Part shown: positions 1-12,024 of the stretch, in pieces | Position numbering within the stretch: the stretch's first letter is position 1 | Layout: every line of letters starts with the position of its first letter | From: Fistulifera solaris | Taxonomy: Eukaryota | Assembly: GCA_030295235.1 (NCBI GenBank) | Contig: AP026141.1 | Span: 682,001 to 706,851 of the forward strand | DNA: 24,851 nucleotides | Reading direction: 5' to 3' | Notes under the pieces: model-generated | Databases searched by the model: none | What the model was told of the DNA's origin: nothing | What the model saw: the letters and a program-made list of their open reading frames with translations, nothing else | Position numbers and translations under genes: made by a program

Positions 1-1429
1 CCTTTTCTTGAATCAGCACAAACTGTTTTGCCTTTCGCACGGTTTGTAACTCTTTCTCCCAAGAGGCAGTACGTGCTAGTGCTGCTTCAGTTGGCGTTCG
101 GAAACATTGACAGGTTTGCATATAGTGAAAAGAGAGTCTGGCTTCTATATCACTTTCCTTGCGTTGCAACTTTTCCTTCAGAATTCGGTATGCTTCTTGC
201 GTACAAAGTGAATAGTAGCCCGAACCATTCGAAGTTTCCCCAAATACGTAACCATCTTTTTCAAATACTCGCCAATCTTGGAAACACGAACGAAGGCCTT
301 TTCTGTGGTGCCAGGAACAAGGTTATTGTCCGGTTTTACCCAACGTATGTTCATGAATTCTTCCAATGGCGTTGATGGCGTCAATTCGTATACAACAGGT
401 ACCGGTTCTTCAGACATAGCTTCGTTTGAAATAGAAATAGAGGTAGACGTTTCGTTTGATTCTCTTTTTCTCTCGGTCAAAGAAACGAACAGCTTGGACT
501 CGGTTTCTCCCGACATCAAATTCATGTTCTTCGCACAGCAAGTCGCATCAACAATGGAATAATAATCAGCCGGCGGCTCCCCGCGATACAAAGCGACATC
601 GCTCGAGTTGATGTACGGCTCCTTATATGATTGTTGCCAAGCTTCGCTGGTTTGTTGAAAAGCCATTTCTAAATTGCTTCCAGAAGATCGGTCATTTAGG
701 GAATCGTCATGATTCAGAAAGGATCCTCGAATACGAATGCAATCAGCTTCATATTTCGCAATTGAATGCAGAATGTGAGTGTGCCACATTAGATCAATGT
801 CGTAGGTCGGGACAATCATGCAGTCACTGCCACGTTCGCGATGAAACGATTTTGATAACAGGAGAAACTTTTGATAGCGTTCGATTGCGTGTTGTAAGAA
901 AGTATCATGCTTGAATTTTCTGTCCGAGACTTGCCACAAAAACTTCTTTTGCTCGTTGACGGATGCTATGAGATAAAAACCGTCCATGTCGCAAACTGAT
1001 TCGGTGATCGGCATATCAGTTAATGCATCTTCTAGGGGCAGAAAGAATGGCTCACCGGGGAAGCGAAGATCCCATTCGACACGCGTTTCTAGCGCTTTGT
1101 TTGTTGTGTCTTCCTTGATTTGAAAGAGAAACGGTGGGCAAGACTCTTCAATCGAATCATCTTGAAACTGTTGCAAGAGATACTTCCGGTAAGGACCTGG
1201 CGCTAAACGATGACAATGAGAGACCCACGAAACATCAGGGAGGAGGGATGAGCATACAGGATGCATTGCTGCGGTGTATATCAGCGAGCAGCGGCAACCA
1301 GCAATTAAGGTAGCGATCGACTGTCAATTGCGTGATCGGTGCCGTCATAACACCCATTCGGTGAAGCTTTTCGAGAAACTCAACATGCTTTCTTGATTCA
1401 ATCAGAAGATTGCAGGAAAAGGGCTCCAT
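1..1429 (-). CDS. Glycine-rich domain-containing protein (GRDP1/DUF1399-like), 3' part runs off the window
   Basis: ORF 1235-1429 (…DRYLNCWLPLL…LIPPP) joins ORF 178-1266 (DVSWVSHCHRLAP…AIERYQKFLLL…IVPTYDIDLMWHTHILH…FLNHDDSLNDRS) through a 1-bp shift at ~1238. These are the two repeated GRDP motifs. A second shift in the T5 run at 257-261 gives KDGYVFGETSNGSGYYSLCTQEAYRIL…, which stays open to position 1. Confidence 0.85.
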
Positions 1430-1630
1430 AATTCATGCAATAAGTTTTCGTCGTAGTGCGCAGGCGTTGCGAGAGGTAGGAAGATAAGCTATTGAATGAA
1501 CGTTCCGCATCAAAGAAAGACAAGATAGAGCTTATAGCTTATTTATTCTTATTATATTTATTTCGCATTTTTTCTTCTTTCGCTTTGCTCGTCTGTCTGG
1601 CACTGCGGTGCGGAGAAGAAGAATCAATCG

Positions 1631-2688
1631 TTGAAAGATCGCCTCGCTCGCATCATCGTCGTATTATTATTGTTTGCTTCTATAGCGAATACCTTCCCTT
1701 CGTTACAAGTACCCATGTTACCTTCTCATTTACAACTATCATCTTCAAAACAACCACATCAAAATCAACATCACCCTCATGAATTCATTCCGACGCATCC
1801 GCTGGGACTGACGGGCGTTATTTGTCAATCTTTCACTTTACAATTGTCGCGGACACCGCGACGGCTGCAATACACACTCTATCGACCGCGACACTTGCTA
1901 TTAGGACCGCCTCCACTGATCGGTATTGCCGGAGGTCCGGGATTACCCTGTCAGTACTTGTCGTCGCTGGTGCATACAATCGAAGATAGAGCCATCGTGT
2001 TATACGATCATGTCGGTTGCGGGCAATCCTTATACAAGGGAACGAACGCTTATGATCGCTACGAAATGATGCTGGATTTAAAAGAACTGATTGATCATTT
2101 AAACTGTGAAGAGTTTCATTTACTAGGGCATTCCTTTGGTGGGTTCTTGGCGTACGAGTATCTCTTACAGCAATCCACTATCTCGCCGCACAAGAAATGC
2201 CATTCGGTCGTACTCGTGAGCACACCTTACGATATGGCGGCGGTGCGAGAACATGTACAGCGACTCAAAGACGAATTAGATGACGATCCGCAAACATTCT
2301 TTCAGCAGCATGAGTGTCGCGTGGTACCGTTGCCTTTACCGTTGCAACAGTCGCTGGATTCCGCAGGATTCTCTTCTTCCATTACCGCCAAAGTACTGGC
2401 CAGAGCACATGGCTTGAACGACGGAGAGAGCGATAATTACGATTCTTCATCTTCTTCTCGCCTTCCGGTATCAACGCCTGCGCTTTTGTTGCAAGGGCAA
2501 CATGATTTTGTACTCAATGTGGCGGACTGGCAGGATGTCTTTCCGGATGCAGAATTCGTCGTTCTCGCTGGTTGTGCACATTATGCCTTTTTGGAAAACG
2601 AAGGAATGTTTGCAGCCGTGGTATCGTCCTTTTGAAACGTCACGAGCCACCACCCAAGCCTTTGGTTTTGCCGAAACCTATAGAATGA
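1631..2688 (+). CDS. Alpha/beta hydrolase, proline iminopeptidase-like
   Basis: Motifs IAGGPG, YDHVGCGQS, nucleophile elbow LLGHSFGG, QGQHDFV (Asp) and GCAHYAFLE (His). Start is uncertain: TTG at 1631, first ATG at 1715. The stop at 2633-2635 is probably an indel; adding one T gives SFLKRHEPPPKPLVLPKPIE* ending at 2688. Confidence 0.8.
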
Positions 2689-3634
2689 ATGGAGAAAGTT
2701 GAGAAGCGACGGGTCACTTTCTTGAGCAGAGATAATCAGGTACCTTTCTCAGATAACGAAAGGTGTTGATGGTAAGTACTCTTTAAAAAGCTCAGGCTTT
2801 GGACTAAAGACGTCAAGACAAAGACATCGGGAACGGCGTTAAAATTCTACCTTGTCGTAAACGCTACGTAAAATCATGTATTGGAGGCAAATTTTTAACG
2901 TCCGTTCCGGCAAAGTCGACGAGAAATATCGGAGAGATCGAGAAAGTAGACTACAGCTAACGACTTTTATCTTCTATCGCAAATCGCAAATCATAAGCAA
3001 ACCTTATCCCTCTCTCAACTCTTAGCGTCGACTATGCTTTGATGAACTGACTGATTATACTTGAGTTGAGAATCTTATTCCCAGAACATCTAGGACTACG
3101 ATTCCCGATCTCGAATCCCGGATGCTACGAAGAGGATAATATATGTGCCCATAAGCACCAAGTTCTCACATGATAATATGTGCAAACACAGATGTCGAAA
3201 GCGTTTAAGACCATTGATTAAGGACTTCTCACTATGTCGCTTACACTAAATTACACGTGGGTCATTTTGAGGCAACACAAAACAACGAAAAAGACCGAAA
3301 TCGTTTATCCCGGCGACATCACGAGTAGTAGCTACTACAGCGAATATCACAGGTCACAAAATTCCAGACATAGTACACAAAACACACAGAACAAAGAGCA
3401 GATTGAGAAACGTTATCGGAGAAAGCCGCAAAGATGGAATAGCCCCTCAAAAAAGTTCGGATCTTTAGCCACTGACCAACTCTCGCCTACTTCGTAGCGT
3501 CAAGTTACCGGTTGTGTCCCCTCTCTTTCTTATTTGCAGTGCTTTTTTGACGGAGCATAATGTTTCAAAAACTTCGTCGGCAATTGCACATTGCACATCC
3601 GATCTTCATAATTTTAGAATCGTTTACCGACACC

Positions 3635-4828
3635 ATGTTTACATCCAAAGCAAAGAAGGAGAAATCCAAGACCTTTCTTTCTTTCCTTCGCCGAAAGAAG
3701 AAGGGCGCTCGTGAAGAGACTTCCAAGGAAAAGAAGCAAGGGGCAAAATCCAAGAAATGTCCGTCGAGTATCATGGAGACAAAAGAGCGCAAAGTCAGCA
3801 GAACGCAAAGTATCAAGACCACTATCACGTCAACTGGATCTATGTGCGACGAGTCGGACACGTACTCGATCTATTCGATCGATGTCATGGCTGAAGCATC
3901 GGTAAGTCTATCTGTCGCTTGCTCAGTTGTACTCCGTACGAGCACCTAACCTTCGTTCATTTTCTTAGTGGATGCCAGCACCTGAGTCGAACGAAATGAC
4001 GCCTCAACGTCATCTGGACGAATTATTGAAAGAGCGAGGATACGAAAAGAACGATACGATTGTCTGAAGACTGGCTATTACAACTCTCCTACCAAGTTGC
4101 AAATTGCCAGCTATCATGCGCACCTCGTGTCTTTGGTGAAACAGAACAACATTGAAGTCATTGATGATATATTGGCGTGTGGATTGTCCCCGAATCCTTG
4201 CAACGAGTTTGGGTCGAGTTTGTTGCAAACCGCCTGTCGACGAGGCAACGTTGAATTGCTCGAAGTCATGCTCCGCCACGGCTGCTCGCTTCAAGTGGCA
4301 GATGAATTTGGGCGCACCCCTCTCCACGATGCACTGTATGCAAAGCAGCCCGCTTTTGCTGTGGTGAAACGCATCTTACAAGAAGATCCTCACTTGATCA
4401 ATCTGGCGGATTCGCGAGGACATTTGGCCTTTGATTACGTGAGAAAAGAGCACTGCGACGAATGGATTGCTTTCCTTGACGAAGTTGCCGATGAAATTTG
4501 GCCGAAACAAAGCGAACAGCCTCCGCCGCACCCACTCACTTTGCGCCAGGCGAACGCCGAACCTCTAGCGGATCCGTCGAATGCGTTGTCTCTCGATCTG
4601 GCCGAGGCAGTTGCCTCCGGTAAATTACGGCCATGTGAAGCTCTCATGTTACAAAACGAAGATTTCAGCGACATCGATGATTCATTCTCGAAATACGATT
4701 CTTCGTACAGTAGCAGCTTGGGCTCCATTTCGGAAGGTTCCGAAGAATCCTTCGAAGACGAAGAGCTTGTCAAAGAATTGGCTCTCATGCAGAGACGTTG
4801 CACCCAAACACCCGTGAGTACGGCATGA
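3635..4828 (+). CDS. Ankyrin-repeat protein (paralog A), 2 exons
   Basis: ATG at 3635. Intron 3902-3968 (GTAAGT…CTAAC…TTTCTTAG). One frameshift at ~4045 restores LKERGYE-ERYDCLKTGYYNSPTKLQIASY. Ankyrin motifs NPCNEFGSSLLQTACRRGN, DEFGRTPLHDA and DSRGHLAFDY, followed by an acidic tail. Confidence 0.85.
3902..3968 (+). other. Spliceosomal intron (67 nt)
   Basis: GTAAGT donor, CTAAC branch point at 3946-3950, pyrimidine tract and TAG acceptor. Splicing removes the in-frame stop at 3947-3949. Confidence 0.8.
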
Positions 4829-5167
4829 ACAATGAAGAATAAGTTATTAGATATAGAGTGTATAGGGGAGTAATTTGTACGGTATTATCTTTTTCGGATC
4901 TGAGAATTCTTTTTAGTTCGTCATCCTGCTAGCTTTCATCGTCAAGAGGAAAGCGAGTAATCCTACCTCTTCGGACATGGTTTCTTGTTACTACCGGAGT
5001 AATTAACTGACTCCGCAGCGACGTCTGTCAGTCCCCCCTTACCTTCGGAATATCGGTGGTTCCGCATGGCGCGAAAGAGTGGCGCGCATTTGGATGCCGT
5101 TTGTGTTTGTCGACATCGTCGCTCTCTCTCATTGTGTGTTGTTTGGGTGGTGTTTTACAACAAAGGA

Positions 5168-8100
5168 ATGGCCTTGGAAGGAGAGGCAAATAACAACAAC
5201 ATCACCGATAATCATAATTTAACACCGCAAGAAAATAGAGCGCGGAAGAAGCGGCCGTGGAGGTCGTGGACGTGGTCGTTTCGGTGGTAGAGGAGGACGA
5301 GGACGTGCGGAGAAAGCGATTGCGGATGAAAACAATCCGCAAGATCGTCCTTCCGGTTCGTCTTTCAACGTTGAAACGGTGAAAAACGATACGAATAATC
5401 ATGATACGGAACAGGTGAAAAGAATGGAAGCGAGAACACTCGCGGGCGAGTAGGAGGCCGCGGAAGAGGCAGGAGTCAAACAAATGACGATAACGAAAAC
5501 ACGCCTGCTTCGAATCACAACAATGAAGATGGCTCCCAGGAAGTCTATCAGGGACGAGGGAGGGGTAGACAAGGAAGAGGACGAGGTCGAGAAGGCCGCT
5601 ACGGTGGTAGAGGAAGAGGACGCGGACGATATGAAGGGAGAGGGCGTGTTGCAAAGGAGGGTAAAGGATCGAATGATACGGATGACGATCAGGGAGCTGA
5701 CAGCAACATCGAAGATAGCGCAACAAATAATGAGATGTCTCACGGGGATCCTCCGACGGCGGTCATCGAAGCAACTTCTGAGCAGCAGCTGAGCTTAGAA
5801 ACGAAAGGCGTAACTTTGATGGAGTCCACCGAATCGAATGTTTCAGTAGCATCGAAACCACAGATTGACACAAAGAATCCGGCTGTCTTACATATAGGTA
5901 ATAAGGCGACGCGAAAGAAAGGCTTTCCCGTTGTTTTAGCTCGTTCGAATGTTGAGCCATCGGATCCATTGCAAGATTTGTCGGAGAAACTGGCTCAAGT
6001 AGCTGTGGAACCATCCACGAAAAAGACCAAAAAAGCCAAGAAAAAGAAGGAAGTTGTCAAGGAAGAAGATACCGATGTAGGCAAAGATGAGCAATCTCCA
6101 GTAGATGTCACCGTTGCACTCCAGAGGCTCCCGGCCCAAGAAGTTAGTATCACTGCGGCTACACAAGTCAAAATGGCACAACAACAGGAAGCCGCAATTG
6201 CATCGGTCGAAACAAAAAGCACGGTTGACAAAAAGAAAAAGAGTAAAAAACAAAATCCAAAGATGCAGGACGCGAAGCAGGCAGCTCGCGCGTTCAACAA
6301 TGCTGTGCGACATGCGGTGGAACGAGGAGATGTACAGGACACTCGTGATTTACTATACGATAAGCGGAATCATCAATTTGCGCTGGATTGCAACGTCCTT
6401 GAGACGGCGATGAAAGCGTTTATTATGGCGGCTCTTCTTGAAGACGCTTTATATTGCCTACGGAATTGCACCTTGCCTGACACATTGAGTGTGATTCAAG
6501 CTGAGCGCATTTTGCAGTGTCTACCACAGAACTTGCGACATTCCAGTGTCTTTTGCGCTGGTGATGTAATCCGCAGCTTGTGTGTAGTTACACAACTCGG
6601 CGACAAACGAACATACTTCCTGCGGATCGTACGGGCCATTGCACTGGAATTTTTGGAAGAAGCCACCACGGCACGTGATCGTATTTGTTCTAGCCCTTGT
6701 GAACGGTTAGTGAGACAAGGGCTCTGTATTGTTAATGCCAAGTTAGAGCGAGGCAAAAGCCGGCCGATCTTGTCGTCAAGCCCGGTGATCAGCTAGGTGT
6801 ATTCATTGCGGACGAAAATCGCGGCTTACAAGCGGGTGACGCTGTCAGTATTTTACCTTACGCAGGCCCTTATCCCTTGAGTGCGGAAAGTTTGGACCGC
6901 GATCTCATCGAAGCTGTTGTTACGTCTACGAACCCCATGAATTTGCGCTTACAAGATCGCACCAACGCGGAACTGTATTCGAGCTTGACGGAACCTGAGA
7001 ATTTGTATAGGATTGATAAATTGGCTAATCGCATGGGATTTAATCGACAGTTGGCCGCTGTAACCAGTTTGTGTGGAAACGATCAAAGGGTGTCGCCTGA
7101 ATTGGTACAGGCGGTCACCGCGATGGACGCAAATTTTATGACGCCCCGTGAAGCCACTCATTTGGGGCGTCTCACGTCGACAGCTGCGTTATGTGCTACC
7201 GCTGTTGGCGACGACGACCAAGACAGTTTGAGAGCTGTGTCCCGACTTGCTTTGGAGAAGTTTAACTCTCTTGAAGGTCTCAACGCAAGTCAGCAGCTAG
7301 CTGTTGAAGGTGCGGTGACTAATAGATTAACGCTAGTTCAGGGGCCTCCAGGTACGTGGGCTTATTGAGACGTTATTGAGATGTTCTGTTGTACCATGGT
7401 TTTAACGTATAAGTGGTACAGGTACCGGAAAGACCGCTGTTGCGATTCGTATCTTGCAGCATTGGGCGAAGATGGACAGTGATGTTCCAATCTTGGCAAC
7501 ATCAGACTCCAACATTGCCGTGGACAATCTTGTCGAAGGATGTGCGAATGTTGGATTAAGAGTAATCCGCATTGGAAGACCTGAAGCAATCAGACCGGAG
7601 CTATTGAAATACTGCATCGACAGAGAAAAGCAGGCCAACTCGGTCACCTTTACAAAGAACGATCGAAACAACTTCGACAAGCTCAAGTCATCTGTTGCAC
7701 ATGCATCGGGAGTGGTAGTGAATGGTTAGATGCTATTGGTGTTTGCCCTCGAGTTCTTGTCGATGAAGCAACACAGGCTACTGAGCCAGCTGTGCTGGTT
7801 CCGCTGATGCGAGGCTGCAAGCAGCTCGTTTTAGTCGGTGATCATTGCCAATTGCCACCAACTGTACTTTCAACACAAGCCGCCGAAGAGGGTCACGGCG
7901 TGCCTCTTTTCTCTCGTATGGTGGCTTGTGGGGTTCCTCCTTATATGTTGGATACGCAATATCGAATGCATCCGGCGATATCACAATTTCCGAGTGACTT
8001 GTTTTATGGAGGGCTTTTGCAAAATGGTGTAAGCGCACCGGAACGGCGTCCTCTCGCTGGATTTCCGTGGCCAGTTCCTGAATTCCCAGTTGCGTTCATG

Positions 8101-8922
8101 CCGATTTATGGGCAGGAACTTGATGATGGTGTTAGCAAATACAATGTAGAAGAAGCACAAGCCGCTGTTCAGGCCGTGCAGATGCTCCTTCAAGGTGGAC
8201 AATGTACCGCCGCTGACATCGCGGTTGTGACACCGTATGCAGCGCAAGCGAAATTCATTCGACGTCTGATTCGTCAATCGATTGCCGAATTCCTTGAAGT
8301 ATCTTCGGTGGATGGCTTTCAAGGCCGTGAAAAACAAGCTGTTGTCTTTTCCGCCGTGCGCAGCAATAATTACGGAGGTGTCGGCTTTACTTCGGACTGG
8401 CGGCGTGTCAATGTTTCTTTTACGCGAGCGCGACGTGCGCTGATTGTTCTTGGCAATGATGTTTGTCTTCGACGAGGAGACCCAGAAACATGGGCGTTGT
8501 GGTTGGCCTGGGCCGACGCAGCAGGCATCAACATGGACCGCCCAGGCCAACCTCGAGGTCGATATGATGCGGAGCAGCTACGCCGCGTTCGAGGTGGTAC
8601 AACGGCTGCCGAACTATTGAAGGACGTCTTAAATCGACAACGAGAGCAAATACAGTCGCAGTTGTTTCATCAAGAACGGGCGGTTCGCAATGCGCAGGGA
8701 CAAATCATGGCGATGGAGGAAGAAAAGGCTCCAGAAGAGGCTCAATTGACAATGGAAGAAGAGGTCGCTTTAATGGAAAACACGGATGGCAATTGGGATG
8801 ACTCGGATGATGAAGCACCGCCAATGCCTCGAAACTTTTCTAAAAGTACGCTGACGAGCAACAGCTCGATTTCCCGAAGCAACACCCGCAGTAGCACACC
8901 GACAGATGCCTGGGATTTGTAA
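5168..8922 (+). CDS. UPF1/NAM7/SEN1-like superfamily 1 helicase with N-terminal RG/RGG-rich region
   Basis: Q-motif LNASQQLAV. Walker A QGPPG|TGKT is split by intron 7352-7421. Other motifs: ATSDSNIAVDNL, VLVDEATQATEP, LVGDHCQLPPTV, QYRMHP, VVTPYAAQ, SSVDGFQGREK, RRVNVSFTRAR. ORF pieces from 5168, 5735-6796, 6877-7351, 7422-~7700 and 7792-8922 are joined by several 1-bp shifts. No UPF1 Cys/His domain is visible, so no gene symbol is given. Confidence 0.9.
7352..7421 (+). other. Spliceosomal intron (70 nt) inside the Walker A motif
   Basis: GTACGT…GTACAG. Removing it yields CCT CCA G|GT ACC GGA AAG ACC = PPGTGKT. Confidence 0.9.
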
Positions 8923-9010
8923 TGCTACCTCGTTTTTAGACAGTATTAAAATTCACTAACATTACAAAACAAAAGGTTACAGACAGAACAAAAACTTAAA
9001 TTCATGTCCG

Positions 9011-9451
9011 CTAGGCCACATCGTTCATACTTCGCATGATCTCACGGCGAAACTCATTCTGAAGTCTCATGTGCTCCAAAGTATCGATTTCTAGTGTGAA
9101 GCCTTGACCAATTTGATACCCATATCCCATAACATTGAGTAAAAGCCCACAAAACGAAGCTACACCGACAAAAGTAAAGGCAAATGACGTCAAGTCGAGT
9201 GCCCTGAGGATGACAAACTCAAAACTCTTTTTCAAGAAACTGAGTTTTTCGTTCTCAACTGACATATTCTTTACGTCTTTTTCAGTTTCGTCACTTGAAC
9301 CTTGTTTCTTTGCTTGCTGCGGAAGAAGAGAAGTTCTAATTGCACTCATTTGACAAGAAGAGACGCTAATTTTCTTGGGCGTGCTGCGAGGAGTGAATCC
9401 GTAAACAGCATGATTTAGAAGTACGCAGAGCAGCAGCACAGTAATTGTCAT
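9011..9451 (-). CDS. Hypothetical small membrane protein with probable bipartite plastid presequence
   Basis: Intact 146-aa ORF. Signal peptide ends AVYG-F, followed by an S/T/K/R-rich transit-like stretch. A hydrophobic segment FAFTFVGVASFCGLLLNVMGYGY lies downstream. Confidence 0.7.
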   Translation of the reverse strand: MTITVLLLCVLLNHAVYGFTPRSTPKKISVSSCQMSAIRTSLLPQQAKKQGSSDETEKDVKNMSVENEKLSFLKKSFEFVILRALDLTSFAFTFVGVASFCGLLLNVMGYGYQIGQGFTLEIDTLEHMRLQNEFRREIMRSMNDVA

Positions 9452-10121
9452 GATCCTTTGCTATTTTTCTGTTAGATATGCAAGAAAAAAATGGAGAAGT
9501 AATTAAACGATTGACGCGTCGAAAAATCGAGTCAGTTCCGATTTCGTTTTCGTCCTCCCAGAATTTCCTTAAAGCATCCGGGACTGCGTTTTGACTTTAA
9601 GTCACGTTACTGTAATAGGACACGGTCAAAATCAAAGCAATTCAAATCAAGTTAGTTCGATTCATGAATCGCATAGACTTATGAGCTACAATCCTCTACA
9701 GCAAAAACTATGTGATTGTTTGAGAACAGTGTGCTTTAATTTCTTGATACAGTTGTCATAGGGAAGATTCTTTGATTTGCAAACAACGACATCTTTCGGG
9801 ACAGGGATGATTGTGAGGAGTCATGAGTCATGAGGTCCTTCTTTACACTAAAGTCGATAGTAGATAATTCAGTTCAAATTTTTCCGTTGGTAAACATATG
9901 TGTCCTAATACGACATTTTCGGTCGTTTCGTAGTATGCTTCAAAATGGCGCACCGCCGAATTGCGCGTCCGTTCGACATATTTGTGTAAGAACGAACAAA
10001 ACGATGATGACAACAAGGCGGAGTTTTTCTTTGCTGAAATTCAATCTTCTTTTTGTTCTTTTAGGATGTATCTGCTGGCGCTTCGCGTCTTCCAGAAGCA
10101 ATTCAATCGTACAAATGAACA

Positions 10122-11633
10122 ATGAGCGTCACCACGGCGCTGCACTTAGTCACTGATGACGGCTTTGCTGTAGTTGCACACAGCCTTTCTGAACTCCTTC
10201 TTCATTCCAGTAATCAGAGTGGAAAGAAACTTTGGATCAAAGATACGGAGGTCTACATCAGAACAGAGCTTGACGCTCAAGAAATAAGGCGCGCGTGTGT
10301 TTTATCCATGCTTCTTATATCGGATGCGCACCAAAGCGAAGAATATCTTGCTATTATTGACCGTAATCTTCATCATCAACGACATGTGGCAGCAGCGGTA
10401 GCTCGCATCTTTTCTCTTTTCGACGCAGTCTATGAGAAGATTATGCTCTTTGCCAGCACTCCATATTCGGCGTGTATAGTTTCTTGTCTTTCTGCCAAAG
10501 AGATTCACCAGATGCTCCTCTCGAATTCGTCACGTGAACATTGCTTTCATCGATGCTCGTTCACATCGGAGCAATCGGCGGCACTTTTGGACCACGACTT
10601 GCCGGTCAATCTGAACTTGAATCACTGTACCATAGACGCATCCGTCATGGCTGAGGTGCTTACGCGAAAGAAAACGAAACACTCGTTAGGAAAGTTGACA
10701 CTCGCCGGTAATGTCTCTAGAGAGGACCGTTCCATGGAGTCTTTCTGGACCGCTCTTAATAAGTCACACGATGAACCGGTCTTTGATGAAGTCACACTAA
10801 AGGGATATGTGTTCCTACCGACAGATATGAATCACCTAGCCGGGGCGAACACACGATGCTTGGCCTTGACTGGCGACTGCGTATTTGACGACGCCGCATG
10901 TAATTTGCTTGTGGATGCGATCGAGACTGGTTCTCTCAAGGCTACATCGCTAAAGCTGTATGATAGTAATTTGCAACAACATCCAGACGAGCGCGAGAAT
11001 CGTTGGAGTCGCCGAGTCCTTCAGGCGATTGGCAGCAGAAACTGCACTTTAGAAGAACTCTTTCTAGGAAGCTATGAAAGTGATGACCACGTGGACATGG
11101 AATGTGCATTATTGTTAGAGATCCTCAAGAGCAATGCTCATCTTCGACACATTCACTTATCGACTACACCATTACATTGTCATGAAGAATGTTGGAGCAC
11201 ATTTCTTGATACCCTTTCGTGCCACCGGTCGTTGAAACAAATTACTCTTCGTCCACCGTCGGAAGCAGTGCCGGCGGGATGGAACAATGAATTAGAACAG
11301 CGTCTATTTGCAGTGAACCAGACTATTCACATTGCAGTGAAAGCCCAAAGTGCATCTGACAATGTCGAAATGGCGAATCTGTGGCAGGAAACATGCGTTG
11401 CAGCGCGATTGGGCGGAACTTGTCGCATTGCAGATCACGGGATCCGGTCCTTTATTCTCACCTCGGTTTTGGAACAACAAAGCGACAGCCACGGGCTAGT
11501 TTTCTCGCTGCTTCAGAGAAATCTAGATCTTTTGCCTATGAAGGAGGGACTCCAACGTCAAATTATGGTTTTCTGTTTGAACTTTCGTGACACGTATCTA
11601 GCTCTTTTAGATTCATGTTTCTGTCAAGTTTAG
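10122..11633 (+). CDS. Hypothetical leucine-rich repeat (RNI-like) protein
   Basis: Intact 503-aa ORF with periodic LxxLxL units (LGKLTLAG, ATSLKLYD, LEELFLGS, LRHIHLST, LKQITLRP) and a C-terminal LVFSLLQRNLDLL, typical of expanded diatom LRR-like families. Confidence 0.65.
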   Translation: MSVTTALHLVTDDGFAVVAHSLSELLLHSSNQSGKKLWIKDTEVYIRTELDAQEIRRACVLSMLLISDAHQSEEYLAIIDRNLHHQRHVAAAVARIFSLFDAVYEKIMLFASTPYSACIVSCLSAKEIHQMLLSNSSREHCFHRCSFTSEQSAALLDHDLPVNLNLNHCTIDASVMAEVLTRKKTKHSLGKLTLAGNVSREDRSMESFWTALNKSHDEPVFDEVTLKGYVFLPTDMNHLAGANTRCLALTGDCVFDDAACNLLVDAIETGSLKATSLKLYDSNLQQHPDERENRWSRRVLQAIGSRNCTLEELFLGSYESDDHVDMECALLLEILKSNAHLRHIHLSTTPLHCHEECWSTFLDTLSCHRSLKQITLRPPSEAVPAGWNNELEQRLFAVNQTIHIAVKAQSASDNVEMANLWQETCVAARLGGTCRIADHGIRSFILTSVLEQQSDSHGLVFSLLQRNLDLLPMKEGLQRQIMVFCLNFRDTYLALLDSCFCQV

Positions 11634-11722
11634 CTATCACCGCGCACTTGCATAATCCAAATATAGCTTGTGTGAATGAATAGTATTCCTTTTCGACAAC
11701 TACACTGGAGATAGTGATCGCT

Positions 11723-11850
11723 GAGATAAGGAATGAATAGAGATAAGTAACAGAGATAAGTTATAGCCTAGATGATCAATGATCAATGATCACATCATGA
11801 TCACTGCTTACAATCACTGGTCACTGATCGGATCGATCACTGATCACTTT
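11723..11850. repeat. GAGATAAG x3 followed by a TGATCA/GATCAC-rich degenerate 7-mer array
   Basis: GAGATAAG at 11723, 11740 and 11753. TGATCAA-TGATCAA-TGATCAC starts at 11773, with further TGATCA at 11798 and 11841. Confidence 0.8.
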
Positions 11851-12024
11851 GCTTATGATGAGTCACGAATGAGAGACGAAGGCGTTAAGGAAACGAGAAC
11901 GTAAAACTTCAATGGACGCAATCGATGTTCAACCATCTTACTGTTTACTGGTTACAAACGAAAAGCGCATCTTGTATCTTGTCGTTCCCAGTTTCCAGTC
12001 CCAAAAAATAACAACTGGCTACAG

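Noticed and set aside
5168..8922. Calling the helicase UPF1
   Set aside because: The N-terminal Cys/His zinc domain diagnostic of UPF1 is not visible.
9830..10156. 108-aa ORF upstream of the LRR gene; likewise 3234-3497 and 16196-16606
   Set aside because: No motifs, they lie in AT-rich intergenic or UTR DNA, and they are probably spurious.
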